64,000 nt of DNA from Phaeosaccion multiseriatum (GCA_965112735.1 OZ218965.1:1984001-2048000); one strand, 5' to 3'. Shown: positions 25,088-38,042, counted from the stretch's first letter. The notes: a model not told the origin generated them from the letters alone. Program-made: numbers and translations.

Positions 25088-27876
25088 ATGTCTGGCCGCG
25101 ATGGAGGGAGGAGTTGGGGGGGGGGGGGCGACTACTACAACAGCAGGAGAGGCACGCCAAGTCCAGTTGGCAGCAGGAGTCGGAGCCGGGAGAAGGCCCC
25201 TGAGAGGGCGAGGAGAGGGAGGAGTGCCAGCAGGAGTTGGAGCAGGGAGAAGCACAGTGAGAGGAGGAAGCGAGGGAGAAATGCCAGCAGGAGTCGGAGT
25301 AGGGGGAAGGACACCGAGAGGAGGAGGGCAGGGAGAAGTACCAGCAGGAGTCGGAGCCGACCCAGATCCGGAGGAGGAGGAGGGAGGAGGGAAGGAGAAA
25401 AGGGTCGAAGCAAAGGGAGACGGGGCCGCAGTCCCAGCGAAAGAGGATTCCCAGCAGGCGCGAGGAAAATGCGTCGGAACCAAAGTCCCAGCGACAGGGG
25501 AGTACGCCGAAGCAGCCATTCACAACACGCTTCTCACGAGCTGGGGTGGGAGGAGGGGGGGCGGCTTGAGGACACCTATCTCCAGAGTACGGCAACCTTG
25601 GCATCGTCTTCTGAGGCACAAGACTTCGATTATGCCTTGCCCCTGAGTGCAGGGATGGGACAGGCAAAACCTACCCCTCTCATGTTCGCGCATGTGGGGA
25701 CATTTCCAAGAGGATGCCTCAACCCCGTCGAGGCTGATTTCAGTCTCGGCACATCGATGTCCTGCAACACGACCGAGCTCTTCGAGACCTTGCCCTACAC
25801 GTTCCAGCTGGCTAATGAAGACAAGCGATTCTCCAGCTTCAAGGCCTTCCGTGGACATTTGACCAGCGAATTGCTCTTTCAGACGGAACAAAAGAAGAAC
25901 GACATCACGATCCGAGCCTCCACGGCATTCAGACGTGGCAGAGGGTTGGATACAATCCGCGACGACGTCTCCCTGCGCCGCGTGGTACGTGTCGGGTACA
26001 ACTGCCTCTCGATGTTTGTGCATTGTCTGCTACGGCAGCAACCCTTTCTTAAACCCGCCCCCCCCCGCCCCTCTCTGTCTCTTTCTCCAACACACACCCA
26101 ATACAGGTGCGCTCGTTCTACACTTTCCCTCCGGGCCGTATCGATCCCGACAAACGGTGGAGACTGGATCTGTACTGCGAGCTACGCCCGAAATCAGGGG
26201 CGAGACAGCAGGAGAACGTGCAAATTTGCCTGTCTTTCCCTACCCAATCTCTGGACAGCGCCACAGATTTTTCGACCCATACCCCACCCAAGAAGGCAGG
26301 TCATCGAGGTGGTGCTGCCCGTGTCAGTGAGACCACCAGTGATAGTGAGGGAGAGAGTGCCGGCGGGACGAAAGGCGGGAAGGCGGGGCAAGAGGGGGCA
26401 CTGACGAAGAAGGCGAAGAGCTGGCTCCACGCGCAAGGAACCAAGTTCTTTTATCTTTTGCGGGAAATGCCTGATGTGGAGATGCAAACTCTCAGCGGAA
26501 GCAAGGTCGGTGATGCAGCAAGCTTCGTGAAGATCCATACGCCAGCTTTGATTCAGCTTGAGGCCAAAGCGAACTTCTCCATCAGACACGCCAGAACATC
26601 ATTGGATATGCTGGTATCTGTTGTGTGCACCAGGCCTGCTTGTCAGAGCGCCGGGAAGGGCAAGTACAAGCCTCAGTGGACTCATTTGTCTGGCGTTAAG
26701 CGCCACAGAGACTCCCACTCATCGAGCGGTCAGAAAAGCATGCAAGCTGCACTCTCTCACTTCCTACTGAAGACGGCGTTGGGGAAGCAGGAGGAGGAGG
26801 AGCAGGAGGAGGAGGAGGAGGAGGATGATGGTGGTGGTGATGATGATGATGATGAGGAGGAGGAGGAGGAGGAGGAGCAGGAGGGGGGGGAGGAGGAGGA
26901 GCAGGAGGAGGAGGAGGAGGAGGAGCAGGAGGGGGGCAGCAGCCCTTCTTCCCACCAGAAGAAAAGCAGGGCCATGCCTGCGGCACAATCAGTGGCCGAA
27001 GCTGAGCAGCTGACAGGGGACATGAAGGCGAGGCTGCTTGTCCTCGGCGCTGAGCAGGACATGCACAAGGAAAAGGGGGAGTACACCTCCTTCTTTTTGG
27101 ACGCGATGATGACCACTGTATCCGTGAACGGAAACAGGGCACTACTCCCGTGCGCGTCTCTTGGTCACATTTTCAACCCAGCTAACTCCCCCATGCCCAA
27201 CGTGTTGGCGACGGCTCCGAAAGGGTTCCTGCCGAAAGGTTACAGGGAGTCTGGTCTTACAATGACGAAGTGTGAGCTCCTCGTCCTCCCTGCGAGTTTC
27301 AGCGGCCATTTCTCGACTGTCGCTGTCCTTCTACCTACCTCTGCAGCTAGTGACGACGGGGAGGGTGCTATGGCGTACATTCTGCACTTTGATACGGTCC
27401 GAAATGGGCGCCTCGGTCACCACCCTTCGAAGCGAGTGCTCCAAGCGACGCAGGTGTATGTGGAGAAGGTCATGGAGGACGAAAGAGCCCCTGGGACGGC
27501 AGCCCTCCGATTCCGGCAGGTCTTTGTTGGTGTGCCACACCAGAAGGCCGGCTCGAATTCTTGCGGTCCGGCAACAGCTCTATTCATGTCGAAATTGGCT
27601 GTGGCAGACACCAGCCCCATGCGCAAAGTGCTCTATGGTGTTGAGCAAGACAACAGCTGGGAAAGGGACGACGGTGTAGCGATTTTGTCTAGTGCGGCGG
27701 GGGCAAAGGAGACCGTGGACCGCTTCTTGGCCGCGTGTGGGCTGCCGTGTCTGACCTGCGAAGAGTATGAGGCAGAGAGAACTCGCCTCTTTCGGGCGTA
27801 CCTGAGCTCCGGGATGCGCAACGGTTCCTTGCCCGACGTTTACAACTCGGCCTTGCATAAGTGCGTCCTGGGTTAG
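25088..27876 (+). CDS. Transposon-borne Ulp1/SENP-family (peptidase C48) protease with RS-rich N-terminus, Zn finger and acidic tract (~888 aa)
   Basis: ATG 25088; intron 25985-26106 (GTACGT..CAG, phase 0). SGHFSTVAV, LHFDT and PHQKAGSNSCG give the H-D-Q-C set. CxxxxC...HxxxH finger. 57-nt RS repeats at 25171-25360. Confidence 0.8.
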
Positions 27877-28049
27877 TGAAGGAGAGATGGCTGCCTCGCG
27901 AGAGAGGGAGATGGGGGGAGAGGGGAACGCCAAGGTTCGCCCAGCCACCATTGTATTGGTAATATAAGACTGAAGGCTCGCATACTCTCTGCGCTCGACG
28001 TACGCTGATTAGGCAGGCAGCTAGGAGTGGAAAGGCTGTCGCAGGGCGT

Positions 28050-28586
28050 CTGCTATCGCCGGCGCGACGGGGCGTGCTATCTGCTATTCGCCGGCGCCAG
28101 CCGGCGTGCTATCTGCTATTCGCCGAGTGCAAATAGCATGCTATTGGGCGCCGGGGCGCCCAATAGCATGCTATCGCAGATAGCATAATAGCACGTCAGG
28201 GGTCGACCTTCCCGGGGGGGGGGACGGGGGATGTGCACGCCACGGAAATCGCTCATGGGCAGCTTGCCCGCCCTTCTGCAAGAGAACAGGCGCAGCGCTA
28301 CGGCGGCTAGCCACAGTGGAGCAGCAGCAGGACCCTTGGCAAGCCTGGTGCGATTTCCGTGGCGTGCACATCCCCCCCCCCCCCCCGCGGGAAGGGGGTG
28401 CTGCTGCGGAAATGCTGACAACTAGGGAAGGAAAGAAGTGTGGAAAGACGAGAGACTATGTATAGGTAGGCATCTCAAAGAGCTACACGAAGAGCTATAG
28501 CGCTCCTCCCAGCGTCATTTCCCTGCAAATGCGCAAAAACCGTGTTGGTCGAAATTTGGGCGATTTTTACGCAAACGGAGTGTTAA
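28050..28586 (-). repeat. Right TIR with subterminal repeats and two hairpins
   Basis: Perfect 20-bp inverted repeat 28133-28174. Foldback 28207-28395 with 27-bp arms 28226-28252/28350-28376. Confidence 0.85.
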
Positions 28587-28903
28587 TTAATTTTATTCTC
28601 CCCTTTTTTGCCTTTCATCTACTTGAGGCCTCATGTTTGTTTGTTTTTTCCTGTGTGCATCATACTTATATATTGAATTACGATTAAAATCTTCACCGAG
28701 AACGCCCACGTGAGCATTAACAGCGGCCTCGTAATCTTTGTCCTCGACACCCTTCATTTTCCCACTATAATCTTTTTATCTCCTCAACCCCCTTCAGGTG
28801 TGTGTGTGACACCCCCTACTCGAGGCCCTCGTAGCGCGACGACCTTCCTGCTCTCTCCTTTCTACCACGATCTATAACCCCCCCCCGGCACCTCTTGAAA
28901 GGG

Positions 28904-30582
28904 TCATGAAGTGGCTGCGTCTTCCAGCTGGCTGCACAGAAAGTCAACGAGTGAGTCCTCCGCCGTGTCCGCCTCGTCGAGCAGCTGTCCCCCCTGCTCC
29001 ATCTGTGACTGCTGCCCTACCACCGACTCCGGCGGCGGCTGCAGGCCCTGCACGCTCTGCAGGCCGGCCTCTGCCCCCGGATGCGGAGGGGGCGGAGGCA
29101 TATCATTAATGCCAGAGTTAATATACTCCGAGCTCATACCCCTCAGCAGATCCCCATGGAAGCCCCGGGGCGGCGGCGCGGAGGCCCCCCTGGGCGAGGA
29201 AGAGTCCCCCCTGGAGGGGGCCCGCTGATGCCCCTGCCCTTGCCTCCCGTCCTGGAGACGTGGGGCAGGCGACGAGAAGGCCGACCGGCTGATCTGCTTT
29301 TTCATGCTCGCCGGACTATGGGCATACGGTCATAACGGGCCCGGAGGGGAGAGAAGAGATGGAAGCAATTGGTGCGGTGAGGTGTGTGAAGGGCGGGTGC
29401 GAGCGCTGCGAGTCAGCGCTGTAGCAGGCAGGCCTCTAACTCTCTCTCTCCCTCCCTCCCTCCCTCCCTCCCTCCCTTCCACCGTCCGTCCGTCCGTCCC
29501 TAGTGACTCACCTCGCACCCTTGACCAGCCCTACCATAACCTTCTCCATGACCGCCATTCGCTTGCGGAGCGTGGTAATCTCTTCGTCCTTCTGCGCCAT
29601 TATCCGCTTAAGCTGTGGTTGCCCCTCCAGGCTGCTGACAATACCCTCAGCTGCCCCGCCCCCGCTCCCTCCTTCTCCACCCGCGGCTCCGGCTGCAGCT
29701 GCATCACCGAGCAGCAATGTATCAAGATCAATGTCGTCTTCCTCGTCCCGTCCGCGCTTCGTTCCTACGGGCACGGAGCACGGAGAGGAGGGTTTCACAC
29801 ACCACAAACGGGGTGGGTGGGGGGGGGGGGGGGATAGAGTGGGGTCAGAGAGGGGGCTTGCTCGAGATCGGAGCAGCTTCCCCGGGCTACACACACAACA
29901 CACAACACACAAGCGGTACCCCTCTGTTCGCGGCCTCCACAGCTGCCTCGGTAGGACATACAAAACACTCGAAAGGCGGCCTGTGCCTCATCCCACTCAC
30001 CCCCAGCACCCCCGGCAGCTGCGCCAGAAGCAGGAGGGAGGGTGAGCCCGGCCAGCAGGGGGCTGTTGATCTCGTCGAGCAGGGACGCGAGGTCGCTGCT
30101 ACCGGAGAGCTCCTTCTTCAGCCCGTCCACTTCTCCTCGCAGAAAGCGAACCTTGAAACGATGGCAGCCCACGGCAAGAAGTGTGGAGAGAGTAGACAGC
30201 AGCAGCAGCAGCAGCAGCAGAGAGGGGGCAGGAAGAGCGCATGGGGGTGGGGGTAAGAGGAGGAGGAGGAGAAGAACAACAGCACTCCCCGCCTTCTTTA
30301 ACCATACACTGCCATCCATACCCCACCGCACTGCCTTACCTCCGAGTACAGATCATTCTCCGGGTTATCGGGGTCGGGGCAGTGAATCTCCAGCTCCGAG
30401 CGCATGCCGGACAGATCGACACCTTCCTGCCCCTCCAACACTCCCCCGAGCCCATCGCCGAACTCTCCCCCACTGAGCCCCTGGTCCAAAAGCTCTGTGA
30501 GCTGCTGGTCCAAGAATCCCTCGTCGAGCAGCGTTGTGATGGCCTCCTGGAGTACATGAGTGTCGCACGACATGTGTGAGTG

Positions 30583-30649
<67 letters not shown>

Positions 30650-32293
30650 ATGTACGTGTGTGTGTGTGTGTGTGCATGTACGTGTGTGTGTGTGTGTGTG
30701 CATGTACGTGTGTGTGTGTGTGTGTGCATGTACGTGTGTGTGTGAGTGCATGTGTGTGTGTGTGCATGTACGTGTGTGTGTGTGTGTGTGTGTGTGTGAG
30801 TACATGTGTGTGTGTGTGTGTGAGTGCATGTGTGTGTGTGTGCGTGTGCATGCACGTGTGTGTGTGTGTGCTTAGTGCGTGCGTGCGTGCGTGCTGCGTA
30901 CCTTGGTCGCTTCGTCCACGTCAAACATGCCCTGCTTGGCGACATTGACCGGTGTCCTACCCTGAAGGTCTCGAGCCCCTCTGTCCGCGCCTAAGAGGAG
31001 AGGAGAGGAGAGGAGAGGAGAGGAGAGGAGAGGAAAAGAGGTAAGTTGGCAGCTCTCATCGGCGGTCTAAGATCGGCGTCGTGTAGGGTTACGATCCCGC
31101 CAGGAAGGCGGAGGAGAGGTATCGCTTGGCTTGCGCAGGGGTGGAATCATGTAGTCTCACTCAGCGCCATACCGTCTACCCCATGCCCCATACACAGCAC
31201 CAGCATAGCACCAGCATAGCACCAACACTCGCTCACCATTTTGTAGGAGCATCCGCACGACCTCCATGTTGCCGTGGAAGGAGCTGCAGTGCAGAGGTGT
31301 CCATTCGTTGTCGCCCTGTGCCATTGGGTAGGCAGGTATTTCAGGGTAAGACTCAAAGACTCACGCTGGGAGCAAGGGCATGTGTGTGGCAGATGGCAGA
31401 TGTAAAACGCGCCGATAACCCCCTAGTCACAGACCCCAAGTCACAGACGAAGCAAGGCCTCAAGCGCCCGTTGGACAGAGGGTTGGGTCGTGAGGGCTCT
31501 AACCCTCCCTTCTCTCAACATACCCGCCCTCTTCTCTCCCCCCTCCCAGTCAGTGCCCCACCTTGGCATTGACCTCGGCTCCGGCAGCGATGAGTAAAGC
31601 CACGATCTGTGTTGTGCGATCCGATCATTTATGGTGTACGACACCAGAACAGCAGAGAGAGAGAGAGCAGAGCATAATATCAGCCAGACACAGGGGTCGG
31701 AGGGGTTGAGGGGGTGACAGTACACATGCACCCCCCAGCACACAAAGCTCGGAACAAACAGAAGCTCTCTTCGCGCCCTCCTCCTTCTGAAGACTTCTGA
31801 AGAGGGGATGCCCACTTCGCGCCAAAGAACAGGTTGATGAACTCGCCAAAGACCACGGACCTCGTGATGACCTTCTTTGGCCGCGCGGTGGAGCGGGGTT
31901 CGAAACCACCGATCCAGCACGTTCACAGAAGCGCCTGATCACAGAAGGAAAGCAAAGAGAATTAGCGGTAGTTCAGAGATTCTTTACTCTCAAGTTTTGC
32001 CTGACTGGCCGTCTGTGTGTGTCTCTCTCTCCTTCACCTCTTCTCGTCAAGAACTCCACGATCTCTGCCTGACCCCTTTGTGCTGCCCAATGAAGGGGGG
32101 TGTAGTCGTACTCGTCTCGGCTGGATAAGTAGCAGGGAGAAAGAGGGGGGGGCGAGGGCTGAGATCCTTAGGGTTCGAGGGGGATTTATCTGTAACTACC
32201 TCACCTGTGCATGTCCACATGCTCTACATCCAGCAGGTGCTTCAGGCGGTCCATATCCCCAGCCTTACAGCTTGCCCATATGTCCTTCGCCAT
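28904..32293 (-). CDS. Ankyrin-repeat protein with coiled-coil C-terminus (multi-exon)
   Basis: Spliced exons MAKDIWASCKAGD.., DEYDYTPLHWAAQRGQAEIV, DRWFRTPLHRAAKEGHHE, IVALLIAAGAEVNAK, GDNEWTPLHCSSFHGNMEVV, then acidic/coiled-coil exons to the stop at 28904. The 3' exons are less certain. Confidence 0.8.
30575..30895. repeat. Intronic compound (TG)n microsatellite punctuated by CATGTAC
   Basis: Visible repeat between ankyrin-gene exons. Confidence 0.95.
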
Positions 32294-32823
32294 GGGGCCT
32301 TTTTCATCTAACTCCTTGACGACCGACGACCAAACTCGACGGCCTCCCTATAACAACCCAATCTTGAGCAGTTCCAGTTTCCCGTTTCAGTTTGTGATGC
32401 AGTTTCATGTTGATTTTCTGTTTTCGTTTTCGTTCATTTGGCATGTGAGACTGCCCACAATACTCACTGCTCAGCTCCTCTCCGCCTTCTCCTAGACCTT
32501 TGCAAACAACAAGAGCGATACCCCCTTTGAGAGGAGGAGGAGGAGAAGGAGGAGGAGGAGGAGGAGGAGGAGGAGGAGGAGGAGGAGGAGGAGGAGGAGG
32601 AAGAGGAGCACCTGGCGAGGAAGGGAGGGGCCTCCAAGAACGCGCAGTACCAGTAGTCGGGTCCCATGAGGGCGGATGGTAACGCCATCCCAAGACCCTG
32701 ATACCAGCACAGCAAGAGCAGGAGGGAGGGCATCATAGGATAGAGATGGGAAGGGGGGTGGCTCGATCGTAGAAGGAGCTTGAGCTTCTGGGAGCGGCGG
32801 AAGAGAGGCGCAATAGGGTCGAC

Positions 32824-35800
32824 ATGTTTCGAGGACCTGCTGGGCTGAGCTCCCCCATTCGAGTGGGTAGACCTTTCGAGGGCTTTGCACCCGGCTCTGC
32901 CCCAGCAGCGGGGGCGAGCTCATCACGATCATCGTCAGTTAGAGGACGGAGGAGAGACACGTCGCCAGAGAGGCTTATAGCACAGAACAACTCTTTGCCT
33001 CTGCTCTTTCGGAAGCATGACTTCCGGCCCCTCTTCGACGCGAGCGCAAGCACCAGAACCAAGGCCTACCGGGCGGCCTTGCGCTCTGCAGCACCCTCCT
33101 CTGCGTCGTCGCCGTCGCTCTTCCAGGCCTCTTTCCCCTTGGACATGTACGAAGCCGCAGGAGCCTCGCAGTCACGGCCATCCACAGGGTACGGGGGCCG
33201 TGCGAAGGGCCAAGGGAACAGAGGAGGAGGCGTAGGGCCGACCATGGGCGTAAATGCCATGTTTCCGGATGCACACAGCCGGGCAGCGTCTGGAATCAGA
33301 AGGGACGCCAGAGGAGGACGGGGAAAGGATGGGGCAGGGCCGAACGAAGGGGGTGACTTTCAAGTGAATGGCAGCAAGTACCCGGAGACGGGTCAGCGGC
33401 CCATGACAAGCGTGGGGAGGGCCAGATACGAACCTGGACAGCAACGGGAGCAGGAGCAGGAGCAACAGCAGCAGGAGGAGGAGGAGGAAGAGGAGGAGGG
33501 CAGGGGGGAGGAAGAGGATGATGATGATGAGAAGTGGGGCTATGCCATCTCGCAGGAAGAAAACAGGGAGGAGTACAGGGAAAAGGAGCAGGAAGAGGGG
33601 GAGGAGGGTCAAGCATCCTACAACGACGATGACCTCGCCTCTACTCTCTCCGTAGGCTATGGGGAGCGCCCGCACACGAGCCCGACGCAGGAGCTACACA
33701 TGATGAGCAGCGACTACCGCCGCGGCCACAGCACCAGCACCAACAGTCTGTACGCTCCTCCTGCGGCTCCGAAGCCAAAGCCCTGGGAGCCGCAGGACAG
33801 CGCGAGGGGGGGCATGGGAACCGTACTGCGCTTCCTCGCCTACACGGTCGAGAACAACGAGTACAGCTTCGATGGCTCGGATAGGACGCGAGTGAGGGAG
33901 CTCATGATAATGTACTACCTCAAGGACGGAGAGATAAGCATCGTTGAGCCAAGGAAGGACAGCACGGGGCTTCTGTGGGCGAGCACGATGAAAGGGTGAG
34001 TCACATGGGGTCGTGGGGTCTTGTCACTCAGGCAAGGCAAGAAACAAAGGCAGAGAGGGAGGCCGCCGTGGGCACCGGAAGGCCAAACAAGAAACTCGGA
34101 AGGCTGCTGCTGCTTGCTTTCAAAGAGCGAGTGGGTGGGTGGGATACAGTCATGCCACAACACACAGCCTTACAAAGCGCACTAGCGCTGCTGCTCCAGT
34201 GCTGCCGAGCGACCAAGCCCCCCCCTGGCATCCTCAATTGCTTCCCTTCCTCTTCTTCTTCTTCTTTCTCTACTCTCCCTCTCTCTCCCCTGCTGCTTGC
34301 TTCCTCTTCCTTCCCTACCCCACCCGGGCCTGTCTCCTCTGCCTATCACCCCCCCACCCCACCACAGCGGGCTGGGCTCTCTCCGACGCGGAAAGGTGCC
34401 CAGAGCGGACGGCAGCGGTACCTTCTACGAGCTGAAGGACCTCACAGTCGGCTCGCGCCTGCTTATCTACGGTAGAGATATTACCGTGGTGGATGCGGAC
34501 GAGTACACAAGGACCAAGTGCGCAAGAATGGGTATCCATCTCGAGGAGGGGATACCCATTCCGCAGGTGAGTGGATAGCTATGTGTATTGAGTATTCGTG
34601 AGGGGGTTGAGTTGGGTCTACGCGCCGCACCTGGGGCTAGCTACAGTGCCGCTTGAGCAAAGAATGCACGCACACACGCGCATGCACTCACTCACTTACG
34701 CACACACGCACACACACACGCACGCACGGACACACACACAGGATGAGTTCAGTGCTGCGAGAGGAGATGCCTCCACCCATGGGGCGGTGCTGGGAGGGGG
34801 GTGGGGTGGAGGGGGAGGCGGAGGAGGACAAGTCCAACGACCCGACACCCGGTACTTCCGTAAGACCAATTTTATGACTCAGTACGCGGAGTCCCTGGGG
34901 GGCAAGCCGCCGCCGGACAACGGCAAGGCACGGCAGTTCCTGGCCCACCCCAGCAACTCCCCGGGGGGCGTCCTGCGCTTCTACGCCGTGTGGGACGACA
35001 GACAGCGTTTGTTTGGGGACGTGCATCGCCTTGTGCTGCTCTATTTCCTCTCGGACGACTCCATGGAGCTGCTAGAGAGGCATGAGAGGAACTCCGGTTA
35101 CGACAGGTGCGTGCGTGTGTGCGTGTGGGTATGTGCGGGCATGTGTGTGTGTGCGTGCGTGTGTGTGGGTGGGTGGGTGCGTGCGTGGGTGCGTTTGTGT
35201 GTGCGTGGGGGCATGTGCGAGCGTGTGTGCGTGATGGGTGTATGGGGGCGTGGGGACGTGGGGACGTGGGTGCAGGCGTGCGTCGGTGCTTGATCCGCTG
35301 AGCGGCGTACAAGTTGGAAATGGAGGACAATGGCGGTAGAAGGGCCGTTTTTTCAGGGGTGGCAGGGCCGTCTTTCAGAGACTGTCCTCTGTTCTCGTAG
35401 ACCGGAATATGAATATGCTGCCTTCCCCTCTCTTCTCTCCGACTTCACACAAAAGGAAAGGCCAAACATCTCATCTCGTGAGTCTATCTTTCAATCTCTA
35501 CCTCTCTATCTCTCCACCTACCCCGTGACGTCATCATGGCCCTACGCACAGATGGCCGAAGCTGTTGAGGCGTATGAAGGTCCCTCGCGACGCCTACTCT
35601 ACAGATGACGACGCCGCCACCGTCCAGACGAGCCTCTTTCCTGAGGACGACGGAGCGGAGCCCTCTCCCTTCAACCCTCACTCCATCAAGTCGGCTTACA
35701 GGGGCCATGGGCAGCCGCACTGGGCCGAGCAGCGTCAGGAGGCCGAGGAGGAGGGAGGCACGGTGGTGAGTGGCTTTGGAGTCTATGGAGGATTTGCCGG

Positions 35801-37205
35801 GAGCAGCAGCGGGGGAGGAGGGGACTTTGGCAGTCCCTTCAACCCCCCTGGGAGCGCCAACAGCCCCCCCGGGAGGGTGTGGGGCCAGGCTCAGAGTCAC
35901 TCCTTCTCCGCTTCCCGTAGCCCGCCTCGCACCCGCAGCCCCAGATACGCTTCTCCTCCTCCTCCCAATCATCATCATCATCATCATCATCATCACCATC
36001 ACGGGGCCGGCAGCAACAAGTTCATGACATGGAGGGACGTGGTGGTGGGGGAGAAGCTCAGCTTGAACCAGTTCGAGCTGCTCGTGGTGGACGCCGACCC
36101 TTACACCAGAGACTTCATCCGACGGCAGACGGGGAGAGAGTGCGTGCCACCCCTTGTGGAGGACGAGTATCCTGATGCTTGCCACGCGCCGCCCCTGTCC
36201 GCAGAGGCAAGTGTCAGGATGACGCCGCCCAGCCCCGGTAAGATGGGTAGTAGTGGTGGTAGAGGCGGTGTTTGTAACGGGCAGATGTCGTCGTCGTCGT
36301 CCCAACAAGGGAGCCAAGGCCAGCAGCAAGGGGCGGGGGAGGCGCCCTTGGTCTCGACGATGAAGCAACGCGGGAAGAAGGCAAGGAAGGAGGACTGGTA
36401 CAAACCCACCGTAGGCAACTCCGGAAACACGCGCCTGCGGTTCCAGCTCAAGCTCAGTCGGGCCAGCAGCAGAGTGCAGGCGAGTAGGCTCTTTGTGCTT
36501 GACTTCTTCCTGGAGGACGGATCGCTCCTCTGCACGGAGATTGAGCGCAAGAACAACGGCTTCCCGGGGGGCAAGTTCCTCCGCCGAAACAAGTACATCA
36601 ACCCGGAAACCGGCCGAGCCTTTACAGCTGGCGACCTCGAGGTGGGCAGGGAGCTCACTCTGAATCACCACTCGTTCATGGTGGTGGCCGAGGACCAGTT
36701 CACCTCCAACCACAAGAGAGACGGAGGGGGGGGTCAGCAGCTCTATTTGGGGCTGGGCCAACAAGGGAGGAGCCTCGAGGAGGAGGAGGAGGAGGAGGAG
36801 CAAGAGAGGGTGAAGACCATAATGACGACGGCATCGCCAGCTGCGAATCAGACGCAGACCCAAGCCTCGTCACCATTGTCATCGCCAGACCATACGGCGG
36901 ATTGGACTCTGTCGGAGTCCCCGCCCGCCCTCCTCGCAAAGTTCAGAGAGATTCTCAGTGCGAGAGAGGGCAACCTGACACAGATGTTCCTCAAGCTGGA
37001 CGACAACGGCAACGGCAAAGTGGAGCTGAATGAACTCAAGCACTACGTTCGGCTCTACTACCCCGCCATCTCAGAGAGGAGCATCGAGGAGCTGTGGGAT
37101 CTGATGGACCCCGAGGGCAAGGGGGGTCTGCTCATGTATGACCTCGTGGAAACCCTCTGCGGCCCAAGAAGGGCACGAAAAGTCATGGAAAGCATTCTGA
37201 ATTGA
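32824..37205 (+). CDS. EFHC1/EFHC2 (RIB72)-like protein: three DM10 domains plus C-terminal EF-hands
   Basis: DM10 motifs VLRFLAY..YYLKDGEISIVEP, VLRFYAVWDD..YFLSDDSMELLE..RNSGYD, RLRFQLKL..FFLEDGSL..NNGFPGGKFL; EF-hand DDNGNGKVELNE. Exons ~32824-33995, 34368-34566, 34742-35106, 35551-37205. Confidence 0.85.
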
Positions 37206-38042
37206 GGCCAGGATGGCAGTGGATGGCTGGCTGGCTGGCTGGTTGGTTCAGGGTCAGTTTCAGTTTCAGCGATAGAGAACACAACGGGGACGAGCAGCGA
37301 GGACAGACTGGGTGGGATGGATTCGGATCCGTTGGGTTTAGGAATGAAAGAGTAGGGTAGGCCAAGAGAGCGATGAGTGACGGCGCGGCCAGGGGCGGCG
37401 AGAGGATTGCAGCCACGGCCAGTCCAGTCAGTCAGTAGAGGAATAGACTAGAGCGTCGTCAGGAGTAAATGGTAGGTGGCAGGTAGGTAGGTAGAGAGGT
37501 AGGTAGGTGGGTAGCTGGCTAGGTAGGTATGTAGGTACGTAGGTACGAACGTAGGTAGCGTAGGTAGGAAAGGAGGAAGGAGGATGGAAGGGGGCAGCAA
37601 CTGTGTGTGGGCTTGTTCCCCTCACGTAGTCGGACAAGGTCGAGGAGAGTATGGGGGAGGAGCAGAGCGGGCGGGGCTGGCAAAGGAGATATGTCGCACG
37701 ACGAGAGACGCGTTCGATAGTCGAACAGTCAGCCAACCAGCCAACCAGCCAACTGGGTGTGGGGCGGAAGTGCCACCAACCGCAGACAGAGTGGGCGTGC
37801 GCGTGTGCGTGTGCGTGTGCCGCACGATTGGAAGGAGGGGAATAGTAGAAGGAAGTACAGGCCTAGAGTAGTAGCTGTTAACTCCAAGCAAGTAGGCCCA
37901 GATTCGGTTTCGTAGGGAGCTTTTTTTTCTAAAGTAAAATTCGTTCAACGGAGGAGACAGCTCCTCCGTTAAAGACTTAGCAGTGGGAAGGACTTGGTTA
38001 TCCTCTCCCTTCCTCTTACAACGTAACTAGTAGTACGTAACA

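Larger units (their letters stand above)
19649..28586. mobile_element. ~8.9 kb cut-and-paste DNA transposon with ~240 bp imperfect TIRs and two divergent genes
   Basis: Left end TTAACACTCGATTTGCGTAAGAATCGCCCAAAT vs right end (reverse complement) TTAACACTCCGTTTGCGTAAAAATCGCCCAAAT. Further inverted blocks: 19743-19774/28472-28504, 19822-19856/28390-28424, 19857-19887/28176-28206. Direct repeat TTAATTTTATT at 19638-19648 and 28587-28597. Confidence 0.9.

Noticed and set aside
24068-25519. Pro-rich N-terminal extension of the transposase ORF (25519-25060)
   Set aside because: It is the antisense of the RS repeats of the Ulp1 gene; starts at 25057 or 24991 are more plausible.
19649-28586. Classification as Helitron, Polinton or endogenous virus
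   Set aside because: No Rep/helicase, polB, integrase or capsid motifs; TIR plus DDE-like motifs fit a cut-and-paste element.
30298-30948. HT/CV-repeat ORFs
   Set aside because: Translations of an intronic (TG)n microsatellite.
37947-37970. 10-bp hairpin downstream of METTL13 as a terminator
   Set aside because: Eukaryotic context and no supporting evidence of function.
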